DNA of 64,000 nt from the human T2T-CHM13v2.0 reference genome, Homo sapiens. Positions 1 through 13,278 of this stretch are shown in pieces (position 1 is the stretch's first letter; each line of letters starts with the position of its first letter). The stretch is from the NCBI RefSeq assembly GCF_009914755.1, contig NC_060933.1; one strand, written 5' to 3'. Both the position numbers and the translations under genes were made by a program. The notes under the pieces were generated by a model. The model was not told where the DNA came from, did not search any database, and worked only from the letters and a program-made list of their open reading frames with translations.

Positions 1-112
1 GAGTAAAACTGGGGTATTGAGAGGTTTAGTAACATACTCAGGTCACAGGACTATATATGTAATAGCTGAGATTTGAAATTTGGAAAATTGATTTTTAAGT
101 CTGTGTTCTTAA
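1..112 (-). mobile_element. MIR SINE fragment
   Basis: gagaggtttagtaac...ggtcacagg...gagatttgaa...gtctgtgttcttaat resembles the reverse complement of the MIR core. Confidence 0.65.
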
Positions 113-328
113 TTTTTCATAATTATTTCTTCCCTAACAATAAAAACCTTATACTTGTACAATGCTACACAATTTAAAATGTGTTACATTTACGACTGCA
201 GAGAACAAGTGATACTTACAGAGATCCATTAAGAGTATTTCAGAGTAAGCACCACATTTAGGTTTGAATTTTGTAGTACATGATGGGACAGTACCATGTA
301 GTTATTGACCAGACTTTTCAAAAGCTAT

Positions 329-797
329 CATATTAGTTTCCTATTGCTGCTGTAAAAAAATCACATCCTTGGATGAACACACACAAATGTATTGTCTTAC
401 AGATCTGGAGGTCAGAATGCCAAAAGAGTCTTATGAGGCTATAATCAAGCAATCAAGATGTCAGCAGAGCTGGTTTCTCATGAAGCCTTTAGAGAAGAGA
501 CCATTCCTTGCCTCTTCCATCTTCTAGAGGCTGCTAGGATAGCTTGGCTTGTGGCTGTAGAACTTTAGTCTCTTCTTCCATTGTCATATTGCCTTTTCCT
601 CTTTTGTTTCTCCTTCCACCCTCTTACAAGGACCCATGTGATTACATTAGGCCCACCCAACTAATCTAGAATAATCTCCTCAATTCAAGATCTTTAATTT
701 AAATCACGTCTACAAGGCTGCTTTTGCCATGTAAAGTGATATATTTACAGGGTCTAGGATGTGGATATCTTTGGTGACCATTTTCAGGCCTACCACA
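329..797 (-). mobile_element. MLT1D/C-like MaLR solo LTR
   Basis: Reverse complement begins tgtggtaggcctgaaaatggtcaccaaagatatccacatcc and ends ...ggaaactaata, matching MLT1 termini. Confidence 0.85.
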
Positions 798-1969
798 CCA
801 AGAGCAGCATAAAGGGATTCCACAAAGGACAGTTTGTTAGCCTAGATGTCACTGAATCTCCTGCATTGCATATGCCAATAAAAGGATGGCGATTAGGTAA
901 AATAAGTTTAATATTTTGGCTGTAACAGTTGTAGAAATGAAAACATAGGTTCTGATTTGAACAACATACCCTCCCTTTATGCCCAGGAAAAACAGTACAC
1001 GCACTTACTCTAAGTCATCAATAGGTTTTCTGTCTTACATGGAAAGCACTGTCATGCTATCTCAAGGTAAAACCTCTCCAGGCATTGGGTGTTCAATGCT
1101 GTGCTGAAAGCATAAGTCAAAGTAACTTTTGTATTCCAGAAGAGTTCCCTGAGACTCTATCTGCAAATTAATAACAAATCACCCAGAATTTGAAATCATA
1201 AGAAATTACTTAGCAAGAGTTTACAGCTGCAAATCATGCCCAGTTGAAAGGTTCTACCTTTCTGAGACAGAAGCGTTTGCATAACAGAGAAAGTTCTGTA
1301 AAGAACTGCCCTATATTTAAGAATGAGTCCTCCTCTCATGTTAAAAATACCTTCAGCAACAAATTTTAGAAAGAAACTGAATCACAGTCAGCACAAGGAG
1401 TTGCTGGAGGTCGTAAAGGACTAAAATCTGTAATAATTTGCATATCTCTATCAGATAATAAAAAACAAAATGTTAACTGAAACAGTTACCGTTTATATAA
1501 TCTCAGTGACATTGATCAAATTGGGAGCATGCCAAATAAAAACATGTTTTCTTATTAATTCCTTAATTGTTTTTCTCATTTTGCAAATTTGAGTTAATAC
1601 ATTGACAAGAAGATACAGTTTACTTTGCAGTAGAAACCAATGTGAATTTGCTAACCAGATGTGGGCTGCTAAATAGCAGTCACTTTTGAACTAATTTTCC
1701 TAGGCATTCTATTTATTTGTTAGTTAAGCATGAAGAAAATGTGGTGTTTTTCTTTCACAAAGATCCATTAAAAGTATTTCCAGGGTAAGGACCACTGTAG
1801 GGTTTGGATGTTGCAGTGTATGATGGGGCAGCAATGAGCATCCTGTGGATGACTTCTGAGCAGTGAAATTAAGTTGTTTGCAAAGCTGTCTTTGGGATCA
1901 AGGCAAATGAAGTGATCTGCAACTACTGGATGCTTGGCATAGCCCTGGGACATTACACGGAGTGCCTTG

Positions 1970-2115
1970 GAGGTGTTACTTCAAGCAAATCACTTAAACA
2001 TTCTATACTTTAATCTCTCCATTTGTACAAGGCAGAAATTATATACCTGCTATGTCTTTATCTCCCAAGAGTACCTTAGAGACTTGTAAAATTTATTCAT
2101 ACTTCTAAAGCATTT
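1970..2115 (+). mobile_element. MIR fragment
   Basis: caagcaaatcacttaaac...ctccatttgtacaagg...ctaaagcattt resembles the MIR core. Confidence 0.5.
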
Positions 2116-2506
2116 CAAAAGAAAATTGAACATGTAGGAAATCAGAATAATCTCGTCATGTCATATTCCATATAGATTAAAAATATTCCTATCCTCAGAT
2201 TGACTAATACCATCCTAAGCAATTTGTCTTAAAGGAATTATCCAAAAGATAGAATGTACTATAGTCAGTGAACAAAGATATTCTTTTAAGAATAATTTAC
2301 AATAAAACACATGAAAGCAAGCTGCCTATGATATTTGATATATAAATAATAGAAATATGTTTAATTGATACACAGTTGTGAACTATTAAAAGTAATGATA
2401 ATAAAATTAAGGTGACATCATTGAAAATTACTTAGTATTACATAAAGTAAAAATGAACACTATTAACTAATACCCAAATTATGTGTTCTATAAGAATGAA
2501 TATTAG

Positions 2507-2819
<313 letters not shown>

Positions 2820-3514
2820 GAAGAATGAATACTTGAAGAGATATGCAAAATTAAAATGAATGATGTGTTTTGGTAGTGAGGTGCGTGATATTTATTTATT
2901 ACATTTCTTAAACATCCTATAATGTTATATAGTATTATCATTTTAACATTTTAAAATTAGAATTTTAAGATGAAAGAAATAAGGACACACATAGTTAACA
3001 TGCTAGAATGTTGCCTTTATTTTTTTGCTCCTGCTGTTCTGTTTTTCCTTTCTTCCATTTCCTAGACTCAGCCAATACCACCATCTTCACTGGAAGCTTT
3101 CTCTGTAACTCATAGGAGTTTTTAAAGGTTTGTCATTCATTGTGTTCTGATAGTGAAAGTATTCCAGAGGGGCTTGCAGGCTCTGTCTAGCTGTCTCCCA
3201 TCCTGGCTGCTCTTGGGTCATCCACACCACTGGCTGTAAAATGCCAACAAGAAAATTAATGGAGCATTCGCCTACACCCTGATTCCTCCCTAAGGAAGCC
3301 TGTCTCTGGGGAGCCACTAAAAGGACAGGAAAAATGTGCAGAAATCTCATGGGAATGGGAAGATGTGAAGACAGCTGGTGAATTTGGCAAACCCATGTCC
3401 CTGCAGAAACCTGTCATGCAGAAATAATGTGACCTGATTCTCTATGAATATGCATTTTATTGGACTAAAAGTGAAGGGAGCATCTCACTTTGTGAGTGCA
3501 GCTGTTTTTTAAAA

Positions 3515-3670
3515 AGTGTGCCAGACATACCCAGAACTTTGTATGCATGATCTCATTTAATTCTCATGATAACCCGAGAGAGAAAACATAATGCCCATTT
3601 TAGCAGTGAAAAGAATGGAGTCCTGAAAGAGTTAATTACTTTCCCAGTGACACACTGGTGATGCCTAAGC
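3515..3670 (-). mobile_element. MIR fragment
   Basis: tgtgccagac...atctcatttaattctcatgataacc...cccattttagcagtg...gagttaattactttcccag. Confidence 0.7.
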
Positions 3671-4261
3671 CTTCAACAATTCTGTGCGGTCTCAGAAGAC
3701 AGTGTAACTAGGGTTATGCAGAAAATCCAGCAAAAGAACCAAACAAAATACTCTTCTCTTCCATATCAGGAAAGTCACAATCATGCCATTGGAGCAATAA
3801 TGGACATGAAACAATAGTTCAGGGCCTTTATTTTAAGCTGCTGCTATTTGTCAGTTAGATACCTTTTGAGAATACAAGCTTTCCTAATCAAACTAGCAAG
3901 TGTTGGCCTCCTATTTTTTTTCTTTAAACAACTGAAATAATACTCCTGAGATGAAGTAAACCGTATCATGTTTAAGACCTCGTCTCTGGATTTTATTGTG
4001 TAATACCTCATCTTATAGCTAATGTGAGCAGTAAATGTCCATAATCATAAGTTTAGCCTGTAACCCAACGTCCCATGTGCATATATTTGGTTTCTTTCTA
4101 TTTGCCTTTTTAGAAACATGTGCAGTTAATTTCTGTATACTCCTTTTGTCTTTATATCTCGTAGCGTCTAGGCCAGAAAGCTCACGTCGTAGGTGGGAGA
4201 GTATAGGCAATTTACATATATGATGAAATAATAAAGATAAAATAGATTCTTCATTGTCCCC

Positions 4262-4435
4262 CATATGCCAGCCCTGGTTCTGGATCACGTTACACATTTT
4301 CTCAGTCTTTACAACTGGCCTTCACTATAGATAGTATTATTTCCATTTGCATCTGTGAGAAGGGTAAGGTTTAGTAACTTTCTCAACAAGATCACACTAG
4401 TGGTAAATTGGCAGCGTCAAGAATCTGAAACCAAC
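4262..4435 (-). mobile_element. MIR fragment
   Basis: tatgccagccctgg...tattatttccatttg...ggtttagtaactttctcaacaagatcacactagtggtaaattggcag. Confidence 0.7.
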
Positions 4436-4544
4436 ATTTAAAGTCTTTTGCAAATGCATCAATATTCCTGATCTTCCCCCAGAGTATCTCAAACACAATA
4501 ATACAGCCCATACCTCACTTCCCTGCTGGCTTTGATATGGTGCG

Positions 4545-5025
4545 CAGATTCTTGATTGTAAGCAGCAGAAACTGACTAATTAAATTTATTTTAAAGGATA
4601 TGAGATACCTCAAAGAATCGTTAGCAAGGCTGCAGATTGAGCCATGGAAAAACAGCAGGAACAAAAACAGCTCCCAAGACCCTAGGCACAATTATGCCAC
4701 AGAACTAGTCCTGTGAAGATAACATTGCTGCTATCATCAACCACTTGATGACGGAGCTTGCATCCCTACCATGACCACTGGCATTGAACGCTGTCTTTGC
4801 TTTTGGCCACTGCTACCCTGAAAACTCAGATAGCTGCCTCTTCAACTGCAGCCTTCCACTAATATGAGCCTCTCAGTGTCTCTGATTCTTTGCTTCATAT
4901 TTCCTAAGTTGACGTTAAAGTGGGGTAAGGAGTGTCTTGTTGAACCAATGTCACACATCCATACTCTAGCCACAATGAGCACTGGGATATCAAGACGCTG
5001 ACATTTTCAGCTTCTATTGTCATAT
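4545..5025 (-). mobile_element. Ancient MaLR LTR (MLT1M/N-like)
   Basis: ttgtaagcagcagaaactgact...tttattttaaaggatatgagatacctcaaagaatcg and ctctagccacaatgag...cattttcagcttctat resemble old MLT1 reverse complement. Confidence 0.6.
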
Positions 5026-5465
5026 ATTGACTGTCATTGTCTTTCACCAAAGCTCAAAAATGCTGGTCATTACCAGTTCTCCCACTGTCTCTGAGAAATG
5101 TCAACAATGCATTTGAGTTTTTGTTTCTTACTCTTTTGGATTAAGAACATATAGGTTTCCTTTTAAAATGCAAAGAGAATCACCTAAAGAGGACAACACA
5201 CTGCTATCAACAGGCCAAATCCTTAGTTTCTTTGTAAGATTATCTCAAGCAAAAATCAAAGCTCTAAAGATGAAATATAAAAAAAAAAAAGTTGGTTCAG
5301 GTTTAAGTGTAAGAAAATAGTCTGGGAAAAGAATAATTTCTAGAGGAAGGTAAAACTGTTTTTGTTGTTCAATTATCTGTTTTGCAGACCTGGGAAGTCG
5401 TGGTGGAGAAAGTAACTGAAAGGAAAATGAGACAATGTGAGTGGAAAGTAAGTTACAAATGGCCA

Positions 5466-5560
5466 TGCATTCATTCAATCCTTGATTCAACAAATATTTT
5501 TGACTGCGTATGCTGTCAGGCATAGAAACAGGTGCTGGAGATAAAAATATGTGTAAAATT
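5466..5560 (-). mobile_element. L2 3' end fragment
   Basis: cattcattcaatcc...ttcaacaaatatttttgactgc...tgtcaggca...ggtgctggagata. Confidence 0.7.
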
Positions 5561-5809
5561 GCTCACTTTCTTCATAACGTTTGCTTTCTTCATGTATAGG
5601 CTGCTCAGCAGCTCACAGACATTTACCTGTCAGGAGCTAATTCTCCGGAAACCAAACTCCTTTTCTTCCAAAAATATCTACCTGACATAAAATGAAACTA
5701 GATTGCACTACTTCAGTGTTTAATATTCTGAAATCATAATTTTAGCCATAAATGCTGTTTCTTTCAAGTGATTGCTGTCTGGGGATTCTCATAGCAGCCT
5801 GAAGTTGGG

Positions 5810-5975
5810 GAGTAGTCAGATCCTTCCCTGGCTGTCACTGGCTTGCTTAAGTGACCCCAAGCAAATGAGTTAAGCATCTCTGGGACTTGGCTTTTTTATC
5901 TTTAAAAGAGGGATAAAAATATCAGCCACCTGTTGTGAAGATCAGGGAGCTAATATGTCTCAGAGCTTTCAAATA
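5810..5975 (+). mobile_element. MIR fragment
   Basis: gtgaccccaagcaaatgagttaagcatctctgggacttggcttttttatctttaaaagagggataaaaata. Confidence 0.7.
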
Positions 5976-7399
5976 TCTGGCTCTAAGCCTTTTGTTATCT
6001 ACGTATTAAGAACAAAGACAAGTCCTCATTGCTTTCACCCAAATGCTGCATTCAAAGGAGGAAAAAATTACAATATTTGAGTTCTACAAGGCTTGAAAGT
6101 TATTTTGTATTAGTTTGAATTTCAAACTGTTTTTCTCTGTTGTACTCTTGGCACTGCCATTTTTTAAGTACAGCACTTCATTTGCATAATAATTACAAAG
6201 TTTACCAAATAGCATTAATGTCTGAAAGAAAGAGGTGCACTCCATTTAAATCACTGACAGTATTACATTACACATTTTAACTGCATTTTTTTTTAAAAGA
6301 AAGCTATTCCATCCTAATGTGCTATACAGATTCCCAGAGCTCAGCATTATTTGTGCTTTAAGAAGGTAAAATCTCTTCCTGTGCTCTTTAGTGACTTCTA
6401 AAACCCTATTCATAAATACTGATTAGGCACTATTTCACCATAGGACAGAGCTCTGTTGGCACAACTCCCTACTCAAAGCCAAATTGGAAATGTTAGTATA
6501 GTAAATTAGGCCAAATGTCCTAGCTGTACTGTACAGGAAAGATCATCTTTAATAAATAGATGCTAATGTAGCACTTGGATCACTTATCGCTGTAAATGTC
6601 AACCCTTGGCCTTGATTCCAGGAAGTTTGAAAAAAAAAAAAAAAGACATTCAATGAATGTGTGCTATTTTAATGAAAAAAGAAGAATAAAGAGCAAACCT
6701 GAAATACACCATTTGTTTTTTGAAAGAGTGTTGAATTTGAACAGAAACTCACTGCTTAATAGTAGTATGAGGAGAGAAAAGGAAAAGATGAAAAGACTTT
6801 TAATTCTTCCTGCTTATGCCCATGTTGTATTTGTTTTCTTTTGTTTTTGTCTAGCTTTGTTCCTTTGTGGATTATAAATAATGTATTTTTAACTAGTTTT
6901 CTTTTCTCCTCAATTGTTTGTCCATAACTTCCTTTGAACAAACTTAGATCCACTAGAAATAAAGTATCCTTGATTCTGATTCCCTGCAAGCCATCCTACC
7001 ACTTCTCCACTCATATGCTTTTATATCCAGGCAAAACTTGCAAACACAGATCACACAACTCATGGGCAAGCAACGTAAAAAATTCTATTAGAAAATTATA
7101 TTAATTAGTAATTATTGTTGTATCCCTATATTTGGCCTAAGATAAGACAGCCTACTTTTAATTATAAAATATGTCTTTAGAGAGCATATAGGCATTTCAA
7201 AGAGAGAGACTATGCACATATGCACATATTATTTACCTCATATAAATAATGTATAAAAAATTTGATCTGGCTTGGTAGCTTGTCCAAGCATCCTAACCTA
7301 CCTATGTTAACCACCTATGACTGGTTCAGTTATTTGACCTGAAAAGGTGAAGTGCAGTAACTAAAAGTAATCACGTTTTCCTGATTTCCAACCAAACAC

Positions 7400-7580
7400 C
7401 AACCACTTGTTAGACCTTACAAGTCACTTAAATTTCCCAAGACTCACGGTCTTCTGTACACTGGTGATGACAGCACCTGTCTCATAGTTGCACTATGAAA
7501 GTGATGAACATGAAAGACTCAGTAAAATGCCATTGGCATGTACATGGATCCCAAGAAACAGGCAATATTGCCATCATTAT
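7400..7580 (+). mobile_element. MIR fragment
   Basis: gaccttacaagtcacttaaatttccc...ctgtacactggtgatgacagcacctgtctcatagttg. Confidence 0.6.
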
Positions 7581-8049
7581 TTCTAAACTGAATTATTTTG
7601 AGTCTTACTCATTAAGAAATTGTTATTTTATTCCCAGCTTTAGTCTGAAACATTGAACTCCTTATTGATAATTAATCACTATTTCAATGAAAAATTATGA
7701 CTTGTTACTGGTATACCTTTAGTCTTAAATTTTCCCCACATATGATGTTTCTGGTTTATTTTTATTTTTTATTACATTTATTTCAAACTTTATCTTCTAA
7801 AACTTTAAAAATACTTTAGTAGTACTTAGCATTGTGAATGTCATGGTGTTTTCATTCAAAGTAAAATAATTTGTGTTATAATTTTTTCATAAGGTACAAA
7901 TTATGTGATTTATCATGGGAAGATATCTATGATAGAAATCTAAAGGATTATGCTAGAGAAGCTTCTCTACTGTATCAATAATACTTAGGTAAATTCTCAA
8001 AAGAGCTTGATATAACCTTGATCATAATAACTATGGTGATAGCTGAGGT

Positions 8050-8260
8050 TTCTAAATTCTTTGATTCTCCCTACTCTGTGTCAGGACCCATTTTATGTCC
8101 TCCAAAAGACATATTTCTAACCTTTACCACAGCCATTCAGTAGAATAACTTTATTCCTACTTTAATATAAGAACTCCTGAAGGTGAAATAAGTCGTGAGG
8201 ACATATAACTACAGGAGTCATCACCTGGATTTAAACCTAGGCTTTTTTTGTCTCATACAT
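8050..8260 (-). mobile_element. MIR fragment
   Basis: ctactctgtgtcaggacc...ttattcctacttt...ggatttaaacctaggc. Confidence 0.55.
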
Positions 8261-9339
8261 CTATGTCTTTTATTTTATCATTCTGTATTCTAATATTGAA
8301 TTATAGTGATGCTTTGCTTAGTAATATTGATTGTTCAGGTATAATATTCCCCCACACAGTTATTTTTGATAGGTAAATTAGAGGTTATTTCTGTATGCAT
8401 AAAAGGAAAAAAAAGTTTGTTTTATGTCCTTTGTATGTGATATGGATCTTTATGGGATCATTTTACTTGACTGCAACAGTTATTTTTAATTGTAGATATT
8501 ACTAAAAAAAAGGATTAATCATTTCATAGTTCAATTCCAAGGAAAGATAGCACCATATGGATTCTCTAGGTAAACGGAGTCAAGATGAAGTCCTAATAAC
8601 ATAGGGTTAAGTGGAGTCTGATATTGTCTTGAGATGTGGATTCAGGACAGGTAAGGCAGCAACAACCACGTAACCATGTAAACATGGAACATGCAAAACG
8701 CATTATAGTTCCTGGGTAAGAGGGCAGTATGTTCCTAAGTTTATGTATGAATAGCTTAAAAACAAGCAAGTCAGCTATAGCAGGTACTGGAATCTTCAAG
8801 ACGGTGAGGCTTTGCCAAGGATGAAATAGGTTCTATGTGAAAAGATTTGATGTTGCAAAATAACCCAACAATGGCATTGTAGGAGCTTCAGTGGCTCAAA
8901 TGTGAAGAGTTACTGAAAACTGGGGAGACTGTTTAGAATTCATGTTAAGACATTAGGGAAGACAGAAGTTTCAAATGGATTTCATTATTTAGTTTTCTAC
9001 AAAGAAAAAAGACAAAATTATAAATATACATTTTATAGGTTAAACATTAATTTGAAGATGTGATGTGGTGTATTCTATATAAAAGTAATCAGAAAGAGGT
9101 AACACAGTATTAAAATAACCTATGATGGTTTCAAAAGAATATTAAAATAAATGGACATATAAGAAAATCAGAGATAATTTTGAAATATGCTGTTATATAA
9201 TATCAGTATTATTTGTTTGAGAAATTTCCACAAAGCCCTTAAATATTTACAAGTTGAGAGCAAGCAGTATTCAATGAGCATTCATCTAACAAATAGAACT
9301 GAATTCCCCTATGTGCTTAGTGAACACTCCTGATTGCTT

Positions 9340-9870
9340 AATTAATGTTGATTTTTCCGACATTTATCATTGTTCTTTTCTTTCAAGAACACCAATTTTT
9401 CAGATGTTTATGCCTTGTCCATTTGTAGAAAATATGTTGATCAAACAGGTTATGTCATTCCCTTTGGTCTAGGGCTCAGATTGTAATTTAAGTTTACCAA
9501 TCAGAGTGAAGGGATGGGTTGATTTTCTTTGCTGGGTGAGGAGAGTATTATTTTCTCTCTGAATGTTCTTTTCTTCATCTATGAGCATATCTAGCTCTCT
9601 CTCCTAGAGGAGAGGGACAAGGAATCTTAGTAATCTGAATGTTACTGGCAGTTGTGTTGCAACTACTAGATGAGTCAGCTTCAGTATAAAGCTGTTCCAA
9701 ACATAAGAAAATATATATAGATGGAAAAATGCTGGATCTTAGATGACACCACTTAGCCCACTTATTTGCAGAGCATCACATGTCTGGAATCCATCTTACC
9801 TTTTATTAGTTAAGCCATTTTGTAGCTATGTTTTCTGCCATTTGTTGTTAAATGGATCCTAAATGCACAT
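9340..9870 (+). mobile_element. Ancient MaLR LTR (MLT1J/K-like)
   Basis: accaatcagagtgaaggg and 3' end ttaagccattttgtagctatgttttctgccatttgttgttaaatggatcctaaatgc. Confidence 0.5.
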
Positions 9871-11427
9871 GATTTTTGCTGTGTATTGCAGATATTCAGA
9901 AAAAACAAAATTTCTGCTCCCGAGGAGCTTATACTATAAGGGAACAAATAGATATATACATTATTACACAGATAAAATTGATATATTTTATTATATACAC
10001 ATATAAAAATCACATAAAGATACATACATAATTAGAAAAACAATAAGATAAATGTCATTGAAGATGTTTTCCACCCTCATACAACCAACACTCACCTATC
10101 ACATTGTTCCTACTGCAGGCAGAACATGAAAGAAGCCACTATTCAGGAGAATTTCAGACCATAGCTTGCCCAGTATCAGACATGAAATGCACATTCAATG
10201 GCTTTCAGAAGCAGAAGGGGCAATGAATACAAAAACATTACCCTCAATGAACATGAGGGTACTCAGCATCTGCATAGGAGATTATTACATAGAAAGATGA
10301 ATTAATTCTCACAGATCTCTGTTGAGAAAAATAATAAGTATTCTGTTAGAAATTGTATATGATTTTAAATTTCACTTATCATCTGATAATCTGTTTTTGC
10401 TAAAATATATATTGAATACATACCAAGTGTTATGGAAGCACTGTGTTTATGAATTTTTGTCGAAGTGGGACATAGTTATGAGTAGTCTTCATAGAGTTAT
10501 TCAATATTCAAGGCAAGAATTCATCATAAATATGGGAAAGTTAGTCAATAGTAATGAATATTTATTGAGCACTTACTATGTGGCAGACATTTTTCTAGAA
10601 GAAGCAGCACAGAACAAAAGAGGCAAAATCTGTTTTTATAATGAGGCTTATATTTGGAAGGGTTGAAAGAGTTAGATCATGAACAATGTAAATTACATGG
10701 GATGATAAAGTGATATGTGCTGGAAATAATGAAGTGAGATAAGGAGTACTTGAGTTGGTTAAGGGAAGGGAGATCATAATTTCAGATAAGGTAGCCAGGG
10801 AAAACCTTGCTTAACAGGTGATATGACAGGAAACATATCTAAGAAAGAGCATTCTAGATGAAAGAACTAGCAGTACAAAGACCCTGGAGTTGGAGAGTAT
10901 CTTGCATGTTCAAAGAACAGAAAGATGGCAAAGAGCACCTAGAAGAGAGTAGGCAAACAAGCTGAAGAAGATATAATGGACTCCTAAATTAGAGAAGGCT
11001 TAAGGTGAGGGCCTTTGCAAGTACTTTTACTTTTACTCTAAGTGAGATGGGAGGACGCTGGACATTTTGAAGTCAAGAGTGACAGAATCTAAGTTAAGTT
11101 TCAACAGGATTATCTTGCTGCAGGGTTAAGAAAAGGTGGGAATAAAGAAAGAGCATAGTATGTTTAGAAAACAAAGAGTGGCCAAGGGAAGGGTATGAGT
11201 GTGCTGTAGTGGGAGTGAGATTGGCAAAAGAGATAGGAACTATGTTACAGTGGACCTTTATCTCTTTGATAATAATTGTGGACTTTTTTGCAGGTGATAC
11301 ATGTTAAACCTAAGAGTAGCATGATCACATTTATATTTCAGAAATCACAGGCTATGGCAGCATTTCTCTCTTCAGGAGAGAAATAAGAGTGACGCAGAGA
11401 AAACTGTCAAGGGGCTCTGATTTTTAC

Positions 11428-11903
11428 AACTTTGTTTAGCTACCAATGAAAAAGATTAAATATAAACAGTAATTGAAACAAAAAGAAGTTTAAACATTTT
11501 TAGTCTAGGGTTATCAAAGTGGTTCCTCAACCAACGAAGACTTAGACTTTTTCTGTATCATTAGATTACCATCCTCAACACTTGTCATTTATGTTATGAT
11601 CCAAGATTGTTGTTCCATTTCCATCCATCATATGTGTATTCTAGCCAGTAGAAAGAAAGAATGAGAAAAGTATGTCACCTCCCCTTTAAGGACATGTCCC
11701 AAAATTTGCTTACACCATTTCTAATTATATCTTTTTTTGTCAAGAATTTGGCTTCAAGAATTTGGCTTCATCTAGCTGTCAGCGAAGCTAGAAAATGAAC
11801 ATTTTATTTTGTGTGGCTACATACCCAGCTAAAATTCAGTTTCTGTTGCTGAGGGAGAAAGAAAAAAAAATGATATTGAGGACAACTATTTGATTCTCAC
11901 TCA
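11428..11903 (-). mobile_element. MLT1J-like LTR
   Basis: ccatccatcatatgtgtattctagccag...ctagctgtcagcgaagctagaaaatg...gtggctacatacccagctaaaattcag...gatattgaggacaact. Confidence 0.7.
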
Positions 11904-12110
11904 GAGACTAGTCCAGGTGAGGTTTGCTATATTCCTGATCTCAATTGCTGTTTCTACAGGTAGAGGATAGCATGTAAATTTAAGCAAGGTTTACAAAGGA
12001 AATCAGCCAGATTTGGTGAACAATTAGATCTACAGGATGATTAAAAAACACATCTAATTTGAGATTTTGACTTGAAAGTGATTTTATGACAAGGTCATTA
12101 GGCGAGATAA

Positions 12111-12458
12111 TGTCTTAGTCTGTTAGGGCTGCTATAACAAAATACCATAGACTGAGTGACTCATACACAAAAGAAATTTGTCTTTCACAGTTCTGAAGGC
12201 TGGAAAGATCAACATCATGATGCCAGGTGATTTGGTGTCTGATTAGAGCTAGCTTCCTTATTGATGGCAATCTTCTAGGGCATAATGTGGACAAAGAAGT
12301 TAGGTTGTGTTTACAAGGACACTAATCCCATTCTTTAGGGTCCCACTCTCATGACCTAACCACCTCTCAAAGATCCCACTTCCTAATCACATTACCTTAG
12401 TGGTTAGGATTTTAACATACAAATTTTTGGGAGGAACACAGATATTCAATCCATAGCA
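12111..12458 (-). mobile_element. MLT1A/A0-like solo LTR
   Basis: Termini tgtcttagtctgttagggctgctataacaaaataccatagactg and ...gatattcaatccatagca. Confidence 0.85.
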
Positions 12459-13184
12459 TGTGAGGATTCCTGGAGAAGAAATAGGTATGTAAAAAATATG
12501 TTTGATTTTGTACAGATTTTATTTGAAATGCTTCATGATAGTTGGTATCTGGAAGAAATTCTTATTTTTACATTATATTTATTTCTTAAAAGAGTAATGT
12601 AAACCACAGGACATAAATTCCTTAGAGGGTAATAGTACTATCAGAGTGGTTGAATTCATTTGGTTTTCAGTCCTGGAAATTGCTCTAGGAAATGTATTTC
12701 TGTTTACTTATGAGCTACCTGTTATTTTATTCTTGACCCTTCTGGCATTTGCTAGCATGCAAGCATAGGTTACTAACTCACTCAAAGCAATTTAATTTTG
12801 TTTTAGAGAGAAATAATGCTAATAAAATGTCTTAAAGTCTGACCTCTATTCTTTTGTATCTCCTGTGGCAATTATCTAGTCAGGAACCTGTAGAAATAAG
12901 AGACTTCCTGAAACCAATACAACATCAAAAGCAAACAGTGTGTAATAGCATTTTTGCCATTTCTCTCTGTCAACAGAGATGCTTGAACCATAAATGCCGA
13001 TTAGTATTGCAGAGCTTAGGGTATCACGTTTGTAAGTAGGAGCCAGAAGAATACAAAGAGTTGTTTGCTCTGCTCTCTACCTGTCTTTTAGCCTTCTCAG
13101 TTTCCATCTTTCTATAGGTGTAATCCTGAAAACCTGGAAGACTCCAAGAAAAAAACTCTGAAAAAAAAAAAGAAAAAATAGCAA

Positions 13185-13278
13185 TTTATTATGTGAAGTG
13201 AAATAAAACAGTCATAGAAAGACAAATACTACGTACCCTCACTTATATGTGGAATACAAAACTGTTGAACTCACAAGT
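13185..13278 (+). mobile_element. L1MA/MB 3' fragment
   Basis: attatgtgaagtgaaataaaacagtcatagaaagacaaatactacgtaccctcacttatatgtggaatac. Confidence 0.7.

Larger units (their letters stand above)
10550..12530 (-). mobile_element. L2 (L2a-like), interrupted by two MaLR LTRs
   Basis: gaatatttattgagcacttactatgtggcagac 3' end, then gagcattctagatgaaagaactagcagtacaaagaccctggag and cttttactctaagtgagatgggag typical of L2. Confidence 0.75.

Noticed and set aside
1768-1953. 61-aa minus-strand ORF
   Set aside because: No recognisable domain or splice context; overlaps the diverged repeat unit.
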